NCBI GenBank assembly: GCA_965644265.1
Contig: OZ286472.1
Span: 51,150,001 to 51,214,000, forward strand
Length of the DNA: 64,000 nt
Direction of reading: 5' to 3'
Source of the DNA: Glycera tridactyla
Taxonomy: Eukaryota
Each line of letters starts with the position of its first letter. Position 1 is the first letter of the stretch. Positions 52,555-64,000 of this stretch are shown piece by piece. The notes under the pieces are model-generated. The model was given only the letters and a program-made list of their open reading frames with translations, was not told the DNA's origin and ran no database searches. The position numbers and the translations under genes were made by a program.

Positions 52555-52626
52555 CTGGACTGTGAAGCATCGGCCTGCTCCATATAGCTGGGGAATGATG
52601 GGGAACCAGACAAACTACCAGGCATA
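52555..52626 (-). CDS. LRCH: LRCH 72-nt exon MPGSLSGSPSFPSYMEQADASQS
   Basis: ttctctctttgttgcag|T...AG|gtgagt; phase 2-2; open in the required frame. Confidence 0.8.
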
Positions 52627-52900
52627 CTGCAACAAAGAGAGAACTGGAGTTGGATGGCCACCATATGATCACATGAAATGAGGATTAAATATATCGTGGA
52701 TAAGAGATGAATTGAACGTTTATCATCTGTTTTAAATTGACTATGGTGGATACTTCAGCCAATTACACTTTCAAACTTAGGATCAGGCTGGTAATGAAAC
52801 TCCACTCCTACCAGATTTGACATTCGTTGACCTTATAATGTCCTTTTACATGCAGAAGGATATTATCACAATGGCGCACTTTTAGCAGCCTCTTCACCTT

Positions 52901-53574
52901 GTATGAATCAAAAACCATTACAATAACTCTAGTATTTCTAGACTGCCGGCTGGTATGAATCAAAACCCATTACAATAACTCTAGTATTTCTAGACTGCCG
53001 GCTGGTATGAATCAGACCCAATACAATAACTCTAGTATTTCTAGACTGCTGGCTGGTATGAATCAGAACCCATTACAATAACTCTAGTATTTCTAGACTG
53101 CCGGCTGGTATGAATCAGACCCAATACAATAACTCTAGTATTTCTAGACTGCCGGCTGGTATGAATCAGACCCAATACAATAACTCTAGTATTTCTAGAC
53201 TGCTGGCTGGTATGAATCAGAACCCATTACAATAACTCTAGTATTTCTAGACTGCCGGTTGGTACAAATCAGACCCATTACAATAACTCTAGTATTTCTA
53301 GACTGCCGGCTGGTATGAATCAAAACCCATTACAATAACTCTAGTATTTCGAGACTGCCGGCTGGTATGAATCAAAACCCATTACAATAACTCTAGTATT
53401 TCTAGACTGCCGGCTGGTATGAATCAAAACCCATTACAATAACTCTAGTATTTCTAGACTGCCGGCTGGTATGAATCAGAACCCATTACAATAACTCTAG
53501 TATTTCTAGACTGCCGGCTGGTACGAATGAGACCCATTACAATAACTCTAGTATTTCTAGACTGCCGGCTGGTA
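52901..53574. repeat. 51/52-bp minisatellite, 13 copies
   Basis: Unit gtatgaatcaaaacccattacaataactctagtatttctagactgccggctg; starts at 52901, 52953, 53005 ... 53521. Confidence 0.97.
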
Positions 53575-54855
53575 TTCTAAGGTTCAAAAATTCAAATGTC
53601 GCCTCAGATTGACTCTAATATGTAGCTCAGACAACTGGGAGCTGTTTTTGCATCTAGAATGGATCCATATTTGATTTCAATGTCTCCAACATTTGCCATT
53701 TTATGATAGATTTAAAAGGGTCTGATACGATTGAACTGATCGGGACTTCAATCTCTCAAACAGGATGAGTGTGTCCTGTCAGTGGCATAAAGGATCCATT
53801 CATGATCAGACACGTCATCATATTCTACCAGCTTTTGCTTCAACATCCGGTACTCAACCCTATCAGGTGTCTTTCTCGAATCTAGGAATAACAAGAAATG
53901 GTAGAAGGTCCTGATCTGATGTGCATTTCATCACCCTTACATATGAAACAACCGTTGGGAATATTTCCAGCATGCATACTTCAATCTAAAATCCCCAACA
54001 ATGACAAATGTCGCATGGAAATATTGCCCGTGGTTATCTCCAACTTTTTTTGTTCTTGTACATATCTTGAACTTTACAAGGTAAAACAAGTCAATGAAAC
54101 CCAAAATGGCACAAAGGTATCAGAAGGGTATAATAACTTCCACACCAATCAATCAATGAGTCAATAATGTGACCAAAGGAAAAATTGACCGGTGTAACAC
54201 ATGAAGACTATGCCATTGTGGACACACTGTCCCAACTATACAACAGAGCATTCAGATTTTAAGATTCTGTTCATGATAAAAAAAATTGCAGGCAACATGT
54301 AGACTATATTTCACTCAACAACTCGTCATGCATCAATACATCACAATTAGTCACTCCAGCAAGGTTACAAAAAAAAAGGTGACAATTACAATTTCATCAT
54401 GCTATATATTGCATCTTGTGCACAGTTGTGTTGACATCCTAAAAATATACCTGTACTTAAAAACTCATATACCATGCTTCCACAACCACTTCAGATAAAA
54501 TAACTGGAAATAATATCCACCACTTTTGTCTACCGTAACAGTGCTGCTGGTAGATTTCATAATCCAGTGATGTGAAAAGGACAAAATAAGGTTTTCTGGA
54601 ATATGATCAAATTTACCCAAATGTAGCCCCCCTCCCCCACACATTCTGAAAAAAATCTGTTCAGAAATTCCAAGCCAAATTGCAGCAACCTCTCAGTTTA
54701 AATTTTTTTATCCAATTTTAGAAATTCCAAAACGTTAAAAAAATTGGCATCATTCATAATAAAAAACCAGATGCCCTTTTGGCCCGATAAATAAAGATAT
54801 TGATCAAATGAGTGATTTCTCATCAAAGATTCTACCATATTGAATGTTCTCACAC

Positions 54856-54950
54856 CCCCGGTAAAAGTCGGTCTTGCGCATAAGTCGACCCACATGTTTT
54901 CGGCTCATATTCCGGTCGAAAAAACTCGACTTATATGCCAGTATATATGG
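54856..54950. mobile_element. One end of a Tc2/pogo-type MITE
   Basis: Reverse complement ta|ccatatatactggcatataagtcga matches the CCGTATATACTCG..TATAAG.CGA terminus I recall for Tc2-like elements. Confidence 0.55.
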
Positions 54951-55070
54951 TAATTGAAATGTATATCAGATGCTTGATATCTTGCCAGAAAACTAATAAA
55001 AATCACTTGTATGAATCCTTATTCCCCAATGTCGGTTGACAACCTCCCAAAAACTGATTTCCACAAATTA

Positions 55071-55248
55071 CAGTCGAACCTCCCTATAAAGACCGCCTTC
55101 GGTCGCACCAAAAATTGGCCTTTATAGGGAGGTGGTCTTTATAGAGAGGTCATTTACTGTAGAAAATACCACCACGGTCGCAGTTCAGGGCGGTCTTTAT
55201 AGGGAGGTGGTCTTTATAGAGAGGTGGTCTTTAGAGGAGGTTTGACTG
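55071..55248. mobile_element. CAGT MITE subfamily A, full length
   Basis: ta|cagtcgaacctcc...ggaggtttgactg|ta; repeated aggtggtctttatag. Confidence 0.9.
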
Positions 55249-55282
55249 TACTTCGACATAAATAAAAACCAAAAGCACATAC

Positions 55283-55309
55283 CTGTCACACCTTCTATGG
55301 TCATACTGC
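55283..55309 (-). CDS. LRCH: Tentative 27-nt LRCH microexon (QYDHRRCD in the phase-2 frame)
   Basis: aatttgttag|G...AG|gtatgt; strong donor, modest acceptor; length is a multiple of 3 and open in phase 2. Confidence 0.4.
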
Positions 55310-57078
55310 CTAACAAATTGTGAATATAGCTACAACTCACTGACATTCACCCGTCTATTTTTGACATGCTGCCCCAACTCACTCGACGGATTCACACAAA
55401 GTTCCCACCACATACTGATATCAGAATGTAATCGAGCTTGAAGGCAAACCTTCATAAATCCATCTCATCACTCAGCCAGCCATACAACTTGGATACCCAC
55501 ACATCCCATACNNNNNNNNNNNNNNNNNNNNNNNNNNNNNNNNNNNNNNNNNNNNNNNNNNNNNNNNNNNNNNNNNNNNNNNNNNNNNNNNNNNNNNNNN
55601 NNNNNNNNNNNNNNNNNNNNNNNNNNNNNNNNNNNNNNNNNNNNNNNNNNNNTTTCCATGTGTTTGCATATGCTCCATTCTATACATCAAGCAGGTTACA
55701 TACTGTAGGTGCACTGTTCCAAGAGAAACAACTATACACCTCTGTATTTTGACATCATAATATCAAATTTCTGAGCCTTTCCAATTCCCAACATTTTGCC
55801 ATCGTACATCTCAGAATTGTTTAGCAGTGTGAAACTCATTTTGACTGCTATCTGGCCACTTCATACACACCCATACCCAAATCGTGCATTCCAACAGATG
55901 ATCCCCAAAACTGCTTGACTCAATGTCGTAAAATATCACTGATGATGACAAGAGCCTTTCACATGATGCATCTTCCTCCCCAAAGACCCATAGATACATT
56001 GATAAGAAAATAATATAGCATTTATAAAAAATCACATGTCCACTGAACGAGTTGAGAGGGGCGGATTTCAAATTGCAGAGGAACTGCCAAGAAATATGAA
56101 ATGATTATCACATGCTATGTGTCATGACTATCAAGTTTCACTCAAGTCAACTGAGATCCACGTGAAAAATAATTAGCTCAGAGAGCTAGAGAAATGGCAT
56201 CAAACACTAAGAAAACCATTGAATGCAGGCCCATCTCGTCAAAGTGTTATAGGACTCTTATAGGCCTGACCCTTCTGTCCTCTCAATTCTTTTTTCTAAA
56301 GATTTGGCGGTAAAGGAAAAAACTTCACCAGCCTGGAAGTTACAATAAGGCCATGCTCTGATGAAGTTAGCAGGCAATTGGATGCTTGGTATCAACATCT
56401 GAATCATCCAAACAAATGGAAGAGGAGAGGGGAATTGCCCATGCAATTTGTTCCAAATTTTCAATGCATGATTATCTGAATTAAGTCTTGTATTCGCAAT
56501 CGAGAGAGGTCAAACAGGAAAAAATGAACGTCATCATGGAAAACTTGTTAGAGAAGAAAAATACCAAAAAATGTAACAATTGCATCCAAACGGAGTTAGG
56601 ATTTCTTTGTGAACAGGAAGCAAGAAAATAGAGCTAGTATGACCTGTTGGCCCTCGTTGCCATGACAACACAACACGGAATGTGATTTAGAACGTGTAGG
56701 AATATATAGGCGAATGCACGCTTTTGGAATCGTCCACTTTAATGGAAACATGGACCAGGACTGGTTTAGTTGAGTGTCTGGAACAGCACAAGCAGAGAAT
56801 GTGCACTGTTAAGTTATTATACTGGATCCAAGCTGACGGGCAGCACAGAAAATAATCTAATAATATAGGGAGAGAATATCATATACTTGACAAAACCTAC
56901 ACCTCCATCTCTCCTTCATATCCATGGCACTTTTTATTTGTCATTCAACAACTCAAGTTCAATTATAGGGACTGTATCTTGACTTATATGGATAATCACA
57001 CCAGGTACACTGTGCTGAAAAATACATAAAATTGATTGCCAAAAGGCACATAGCCATCAATGAGACCAAATGCACATA

Positions 57079-57221
57079 CAGTCCGACCTCCTCTAAAGAC
57101 TATCTCTCTATAAAGGCCACCCTGACCTGTGACCGTGGTAGTATTTTTAACAGTAAATGACCTCTCAATAAACACCACTTCTGACGTGACTGAAGGAGGT
57201 CTTTATAGAGAGGTTTAACTG
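57079..57221. mobile_element. CAGT MITE subfamily A, inverted relative to 55071
   Basis: ta|cagtccgacc...aggtttaactg|ta. Confidence 0.8.
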
Positions 57222-57612
57222 TATAATATTGATGACTGGTAACTTGAAAAATTAGCCGAATGGCACATAATAATCTCTCAACTCATCACATCTCTCAACT
57301 CATGACTCGGTTCATGGCTCCTTCCAAATCTACATATGTCTGTGACAATACAATGCCCAAAATTGATATTATACCATGTCATGTTCAAGATTACATACTA
57401 GTTAGGTGATATGATGATTTTGATCATAATTATATTCGGACACAAAACAAACACCAAGCTGTCCACCCTTGTTAAATAGTTTTCCAAAATAAAATAAAAA
57501 TATTTGTGACACAGCACCCAATAGATAGATGATTTATGTTCAAGCCAAGGTTTCTGCTGAGGGGGAGGGATGATTCAAAAGAGAGGGCGATCTGACTGCA
57601 GAGTGACATGTA

Positions 57613-57789
57613 CAGTCGAACCTGCTGTAAAAACTACCTCTCTATAAAGACCACCTGTCCATAAAGACCACCCTGAGCTGCGACAGTGATAGTATTTTCA
57701 ACAGTAAATGACCTCTCTAAAAAGACCACCTGCCTATAAAGACCACTTTTGATGCGACCGAAGGTGGTCTTTATAGACAGGTTTGACTG
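57613..57789. mobile_element. CAGT MITE subfamily A, inverted relative to 55071
   Basis: ta|cagtcgaacctg...caggtttgactg|ta. Confidence 0.9.
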
Positions 57790-59037
57790 TATGATATAAA
57801 AACAGTATAACACTGATAATTACAGTATAAGCCAATAACATGAGTCAGAAAACAAGTCAGCAGCTATTTCAGATGAAACTGACTCCACCTAAAACTGTGA
57901 CAATTCTCCTGGCAGCAAGCGCTTGCTGTGAAAACTAGTATGATTGGGGTTTCCCTCACATACTGCGAGATGGAAATCTACTGATCCACAGTCAGGGACC
58001 TGCAATTGATCTGTCTATTATTAGTTTGATGACCCAGTCCGAGAGACCAAAATGGCTAAGTCATCCTGACTGTACAATGAATTGGCCACACAGGAAACAT
58101 GCAATTGAAAAACGTCAATACCATAATGTGGGTATGTCGGAGGTCAAAAACCATACCAGAATTGGTTGTGGGATAAAAACAAGAATCCTGTAAGAGCAGG
58201 ATATGCATTTCTTCTGGATTAGTGAATCAGATTCCAAAAGACCCATGTGCTTTGCTTTGCAGCTCTCACTGGCTGACCCATGATTCACGGAAGTAATGTA
58301 AATCCTCTATCCATTTTGATCACTCTATGATGTGATGAAGGCTACTCGTACTGCGGGCAAAAAGTCATGGTCAGTTCGGGAAAAATCTACTTGGTTGAGG
58401 TGTACTAATCATTACGCCAAAATCACGATGGCTCATATATATGTGAGATACAAATTCCGATTCTAAAGTTAACGTTGGGTGAATTACATGAATTCTGAGG
58501 AAGAGAAGCCAGCAAAGGTAACACTATGACATTGTGAAAGGAGATTGAAATTATGGAAGCAGAGGTTTTACTGATGATGATAGCCCCACAGTGCTGCAAG
58601 AGGGCACTTGCGTTGGATGTGTTAGATGCATTNNNNNNNNNNNNNNNNNNNNNNNNNNNNNNNNNNNNNNNNNNNNNNNNNNNNNNNNNNNNNNNNNNNN
58701 NNNNNNNNNNNNNNNNNNNNNNNNNNNNNNNNNNNNNNNNNNNNNNNNNNNNNNNNNNNNNNNNNNNNNNNNNNNNNNNNNNNNNNNNNNNNNNNNNNNN
58801 NNNNNNNNNNNNNNNNNNNNNNNNNNNCACAGACACAGACACTATGCCAACCCTCATGATCATGAAAGCTTACACAACTCATGCTGGATATTTTTTTATG
58901 ATTGACAGTATATCATTTTATGCGGGATATGAGATATTGGGAAGAGATTTACCAGTTATTTTTTACACGGAGGAGACTATGAAGCAGACTATATAAGACC
59001 ATGCCCATAGAGGGGAGAGACCCAGAAAGCAGGGCCA

Positions 59038-59102
<65 letters not shown>

Positions 59103-60678
59103 ATGCATGGTGTGTGTATATGTGTGTGTAGGAGCTTTCGTTTGTTTGTTTGAGGTTTAGGAGCAAGCGTGTCAGAGAGAGAATGTGTATGTACCTGTGC
59201 GCATGCACATGAGTATAAATGCACATATTTTAGAACATAAATTAAAAACTCCTGATCGACCAGCTTCTCTCCAACTCAATCTTAAAGCTATTTTGTGTGA
59301 AATGCCAAAATTAGGATACTTTGATTTCATTCACAATCAATCTCATTTTATTTGTTTTTGTTTTAGGATCAACAGCATGTATCAACCTAGAAGATTATGT
59401 ATGCTGTGTGTTCCTGGTCAATGCAAGCTAGATGTTCGGTCCCCTACTGACATCACTCTAACAAACCCTGAACACAAGATGATGGGAAACGTGAAAGGTT
59501 GTCAAGTGGAAGTAGTTTACTTTATAGTGTAATATATTTGTGTTCAAAAAGCAGCATGATACATGATGACAAACACACAGGGACAGCCACAATCCACAAC
59601 CATCCAGCACTGTACTGTGAAATTCTTAATATTTCTATCAATTTGCTTATTCATTTATTGATTTATTTATTAATCATTTGTGTGTGTGTGTGGGGGGGGG
59701 GGGGGGGGGGATGAGTATACTCATCACACTGCCTCCATTGTCTGTGAAAATCCACAATGTCATATTCAAATCATGATTGCGGTCCGATGCTGATGCTATT
59801 TCCTTTTTTCTAGGAACTGGTGAAAGAAACATGGGCCGAGTGATATACCTATACATGTGATTCTCTTAGATGATATTGTCATATTCCAGAGTGGCAGGTA
59901 CTGCACTTGCAATTTCCATGATGTAATGTCAATGTATCTAAAGAAATGGAAGAATTGAATTGATGCAGTAGTTACAAAATATCACTCATCACAATCAAAT
60001 CACTCCAATTGATGAACAAGCGACATTAGTATTCGGTCTATCAATTTTAGTTTAGGTGCTTATTACTCAGTGGAAAAAGACGACTACAGATAGTTCACGA
60101 CTTCACAAGTAGGTGCTTCACACACACAGTGAATACATCAACATACAATATTGCATTCAATCTCTATGGCACTGACTTATCAAACTAAAGAATGCAAAAT
60201 AAATCCAATCAAAGGATGAATGGTGGTTCTAAAACTGATGTGCTGATTTTGTGTGGATCACTTACTGCACATTGACATTCATAAAGTGAGTCACAGAGGA
60301 CAACAGGGAAGGTTGCAACAGACAAAATGGCAGACACTGGGTAGCGTACATTAACAGTGCAGGTGCCAAATGCAGGCAAAACTAGGCAGCATATACTGAT
60401 GAAAAATAAGGAAAGGTTCATACCGTACTGAGGATACCACATACATCCCAATATAAGGAAAATAAGGCCATATAACTAGAAAGATTATTTAAATGTGGTA
60501 AATCATGAAATAGCAAGGGGACTTTGCAGGGGTGAGCCCGGGTAAGGCCTCCACCCATGGCCCAGATGACAGTGCAGAAAGTCAGTTGCTGGGGCAAAAA
60601 TGAAATAAGGATGCGTAGAATGAGCAAACAAGACAAGACTGACAGAAGCAAGTACAGGGTCTGACATTAGTACACTAC

Positions 60679-60723
60679 CTGTAACCGTTAGAGACGACGA
60701 GATGCTGAGGTCGTGGCCTCCGG
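60679..60723 (-). CDS. LRCH: Tentative 45-nt LRCH exon (RRPRPQHLVVSNGY in the phase-2 frame)
   Basis: gtgttgttttttag|C...AG|gtagtg; CpG-rich like the other exons; open in phases 2 and 1. Confidence 0.5.
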
Positions 60724-60866
60724 CTAAAAAACAACACATGCCGCAAAAATCCAAAATTAACACACCGATGGGTAGAAACTTGGCAACAGAAAAACAACAA
60801 ATGTAGCCTTCACATTCAAACACTGGAAGAGCTGATAATCAGATTAACAAAATTTACATGCCAACA

Positions 60867-61110
60867 GTTGCTAAGCAACAAAGCTCAGCAATGAGGACAT
60901 AGAACAGTTGCTAAGGATACATGGAATGTATCTGGATAACTGCATCAAGACAACAGGCAATGCAATGAGCATGGGTAGCCATGGCAACATAGATGCAGGG
61001 TAGAATGCTGTACATATACCATGACATACATACAGTGTGTGACTTAGCAACAAACACGGTATCATCATGGCTGCCTAGCAACAGCTAGCAATGCATAGCA
61101 ACGAGATTGT
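60867..61110. promoter_or_regulatory. Cluster of RFX X-box-like motifs
   Basis: gttgctaagcaac (60867), gttgctaaggatac (~60908), gtagccatggcaac (60975) and further ctagcaac/catagcaac half-sites. Confidence 0.4.
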
Positions 61111-61854
61111 AGCTTTCATATCACATGTATAGTAGCATGTACATATGAGCGAAGCAGATTTCTTCCATATAGCCTGCGATAAGGAGCAAATAGCGTAATC
61201 TTTGTTTCTCACTGTCAAGAACATCTATATATAGATACCATAATCTATTTATTGAATCAGTGATTGTAACATTTTCTATGTGACATATTCTTCAGGTATT
61301 TTCGAAAATTCTTCATCGAAGTCCATTTGGGAAATTTTCCACTGTTGCTTTTTTCATATGCCAAATTGTGCCATCACCAGGGGTTGGGAGTGAAACAGAA
61401 TCATCATGCGAGGTTCTTCCGCCAAAACGTGGATGGAATGAAGGGGTTGGTGATTCACTCATTGTTCAAGCAACACTCTTGAGAAACACATCTGAAGCCG
61501 AAAAGTGACCTGTCACTGTATGCAAGAGCAAACTTCATTCAAATCAATCTCACATCCAAAAAAAACACACGGCAACAAATCGGAGGTAATTCAACACATG
61601 AGGATCAAGATGCATGAAAGGTTCAAGTTCCAGGGATCTTAATATCAAGCAAATTGACGTATAAATACCCAAAACATAAAATCTACCCTAAATATTCATG
61701 AAGGGTTATCACCCAATTTTATACTTTCTGTCTAGGATAATATACACATCGGCACAGAATAGATTCACACATAAATCATACAATATCAGTTAAGACAAGG
61801 CTGTCTCATGGGCGAGACATAATAATGGCAACGCTAGTCGTATGAGGGGCTGGA

Positions 61855-64000
61855 ACCACCACCACGACCACCATCACCACCACCACCACCATAGACCACC
61901 ACCACAACCACAGACTACTGCCACCAAAATCGACCACCACCAGCACCTATACCACTGCCACTGCCGCGGACCACTGCCACAACCACAAGCCCCATGGACC
62001 ACCACCAACACCACCACCATGTACCACCACCACCATCATGAACCACCACTACCATGTACCACCACCACCACCACCGCCATGTACCACCTCCACCACCATG
62101 GACCACTTACACCACTACCATGCACCACAACCACTGCCGCCAGCATGGACCACCACCACCATGGACAACTACCACCAACATGGACCACCACCACCACTAC
62201 CGTGTACCATCACCACCACCACAACCGCCATGTACCACCACCATGGACCACTTACACCACTACCATGTACCACAACCACCACCATGGACCACAACTACCA
62301 CCAACATGGACCACCACTACCATGGACCACCACCAGCACCACCATGGACCACCACCACAACCACAGACTACTGCCACCAAAATTGACCACCACCAGCACC
62401 ATGTACCACTGCCACAACCACAAGCCCTATGGACCACCACCAACACCACCACCACCACCACCATGAACCACCACTACCATGTACCACCACCACCACCATG
62501 TACCACCACCACCACCATGGACCACTTACACCACTACCATGTACCACAACCACCGCTGCCACCTTGGACCACCACCATGGACAACTACCACCAACATGGA
62601 CCACCACCACCACCATGAACCACCCCCACTACCATGTACCATCACCACCACCACCACATGGACCACTTACACCACTACCATGTACCACAACCACCACCAT
62701 GGACCACCACTACCACCATTTGGTTTGGTTGGTTGTGGTTTAACGTCATGTCAGCACCATCTGGGCTATATTGTGACGCCCATGCAATTGGCATGGGTGG
62801 GATCTTCCAAGACTCCTCCTTCTGGGTCCCAAACGGAAGGTGAAATGATATGAAAATCACAGACAAAAAGTGTCATTTCAGATATCCAACATGTACCACC
62901 ACTACCATGGACCACCACCATGGACCATCACCATGACCACTGCCACCACCACCACCATGGACCATCACCACCACCACCATTGACCACCACCATGAACACA
63001 GCTGCTGCCATTGATCACTTCCAAAACCACAAGCCCCATGGACCACTACCAACACCACCACCATGAACCACCACCACCATGGACCACCACCACCACCTCC
63101 ATGTACCACCGCCACCACCACCATGATCCACCACCACCACCACCACCATGGACCACTACCTCCATCACCATGGACAACTACCACCAACATGGACCACCAC
63201 CACCACCATAAACACCATGGACGACGACGACCACCACCACCACCATGGACCCCCATCACCATGGGCCACCACCACCACCCTGGATCACCCTGTCATGGAC
63301 CTCCACCACCCCCAACACAACCACCATGTACCATCACCATGAACCACCACATACACCACCACCATGGACCACCAACATGACTATCATGGACCTCCAACAC
63401 CACCATGGACCACCACAACCATGGCCCACCACCGCCACCACCACCATGCTCCACCACCACCACCACAACCACCACCACCATGGACCACAACCTCCACCAC
63501 CATGGACCACACCTACCACCAACATGGACCACCACTACCATGGACCACCACCACCATGAATCACCACCACCACAACCATGAACCACCAAAGCCACCACCA
63601 CCACCACCATTGACCTCCACCACCACTATGGACCATCACCACCACCACAACCATGGACCACCACCACTACCATGTACCACCACCACCACCACCATGGACC
63701 ACCAACACCAACGCCATGTGCCATCGCCACCACCATGGACCATCAACACCACCATCACCACATCATGGCCCGACACCACCATGGACCACCACCATGGACC
63801 ACAACTACCACCAACATGGACCACCACTACCTTGGACCACCATCACCACCATGGACCACCACCACCCTCACAATTGACCTTCACCACCACCATGATCGAC
63901 CACCACCACCATGGACCACCACAACTACCACCAACATGCACCACCACTACTTTGGACCACCATCACCACCATGGACCACCACCACCCTCACAATTGACCT
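61855..64000. repeat. CCA/ACCATGG-rich cryptic satellite, running off the window end
   Basis: Permutations of accaccaccatggacc with higher-order duplications (e.g. 61895 vs 62350; 63793 vs ~63910). Confidence 0.92.
62723..62850. repeat. Dispersed ~130-bp repeat (copy 2) interrupting the CCA satellite
   Basis: ttggttggttg...gcaccatctgggctatattg...caagactcctccttctgggtcccaaacggaaggtg; same orientation as 716-845. Confidence 0.6.

Larger units (their letters stand above)
17192..60723 (-). other. LRCH: LRCH-family gene, 3' half (linker, coiled coil, CH domain, two alternative last exons); LRR exons expected beyond the window
   Basis: The spliced translation contains ...MNPAFTIRRHFAQAQEECEMIEQLRV|TIEGRLKVTLPDDLPAALKDGVVLCHLANHVRPRSVSSIHVPSPAV|PKLSMAKCRRNVENFLEAARRIGVSP, the characteristic LRCH CH-domain sequence. 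All exon phases from 52626 to both stops are compatible. Confidence 0.95.

Noticed and set aside
52901-53574. CRISPR-like regular array
   Set aside because: Whole units are repeated, there are no unique spacers or cas genes, and the context is eukaryotic
53780-53883. Candidate exon after cttgttattcctag|ATTCGAG (DSRKTPDRVE...)
   Set aside because: Good acceptor but no credible donor in a compatible phase; closed in the phase-2 frame required by its neighbours
61842-63877. Long His/Pro/Thr-rich and Val/Trp/Gly-rich ORFs (up to 258 aa)
   Set aside because: They are open in several frames on both strands because the CCA repeat lacks stops; I found no splice or promoter support, and they lie in an LRCH intron

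Overview
Animal genomic DNA: AT-rich, intron-rich, with four short N gaps, consistent with a marine invertebrate bilaterian (species not determinable). From ~17.2 kb onward the window holds the 3' half of one minus-strand gene, an LRCH (leucine-rich repeat and calponin-homology) homologue. I reconstructed it by eye as 11 well-supported GT-AG exons whose phases chain without a frameshift, plus two tentative microexons. The LRR exons are not seen and should lie beyond 64000. Main finding: the CH domain is completed by either of two homologous, mutually exclusive last exons. The proximal one adds a C-terminal transmembrane tail; the distal one ends in a class I PDZ-binding motif (-SAV). Positions 1-14 kb are intergenic and full of decayed retroelements. 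The introns carry many TA-flanked CAGT...ACTG MITEs, several TIR elements with unusual 6-bp target duplications, two Helentron-like non-autonomous elements, minisatellites and clustered RFX X-box motifs. No rRNA, tRNA or CRISPR features were recognised. All alignments and family assignments were made by eye or from memory, not by database search.
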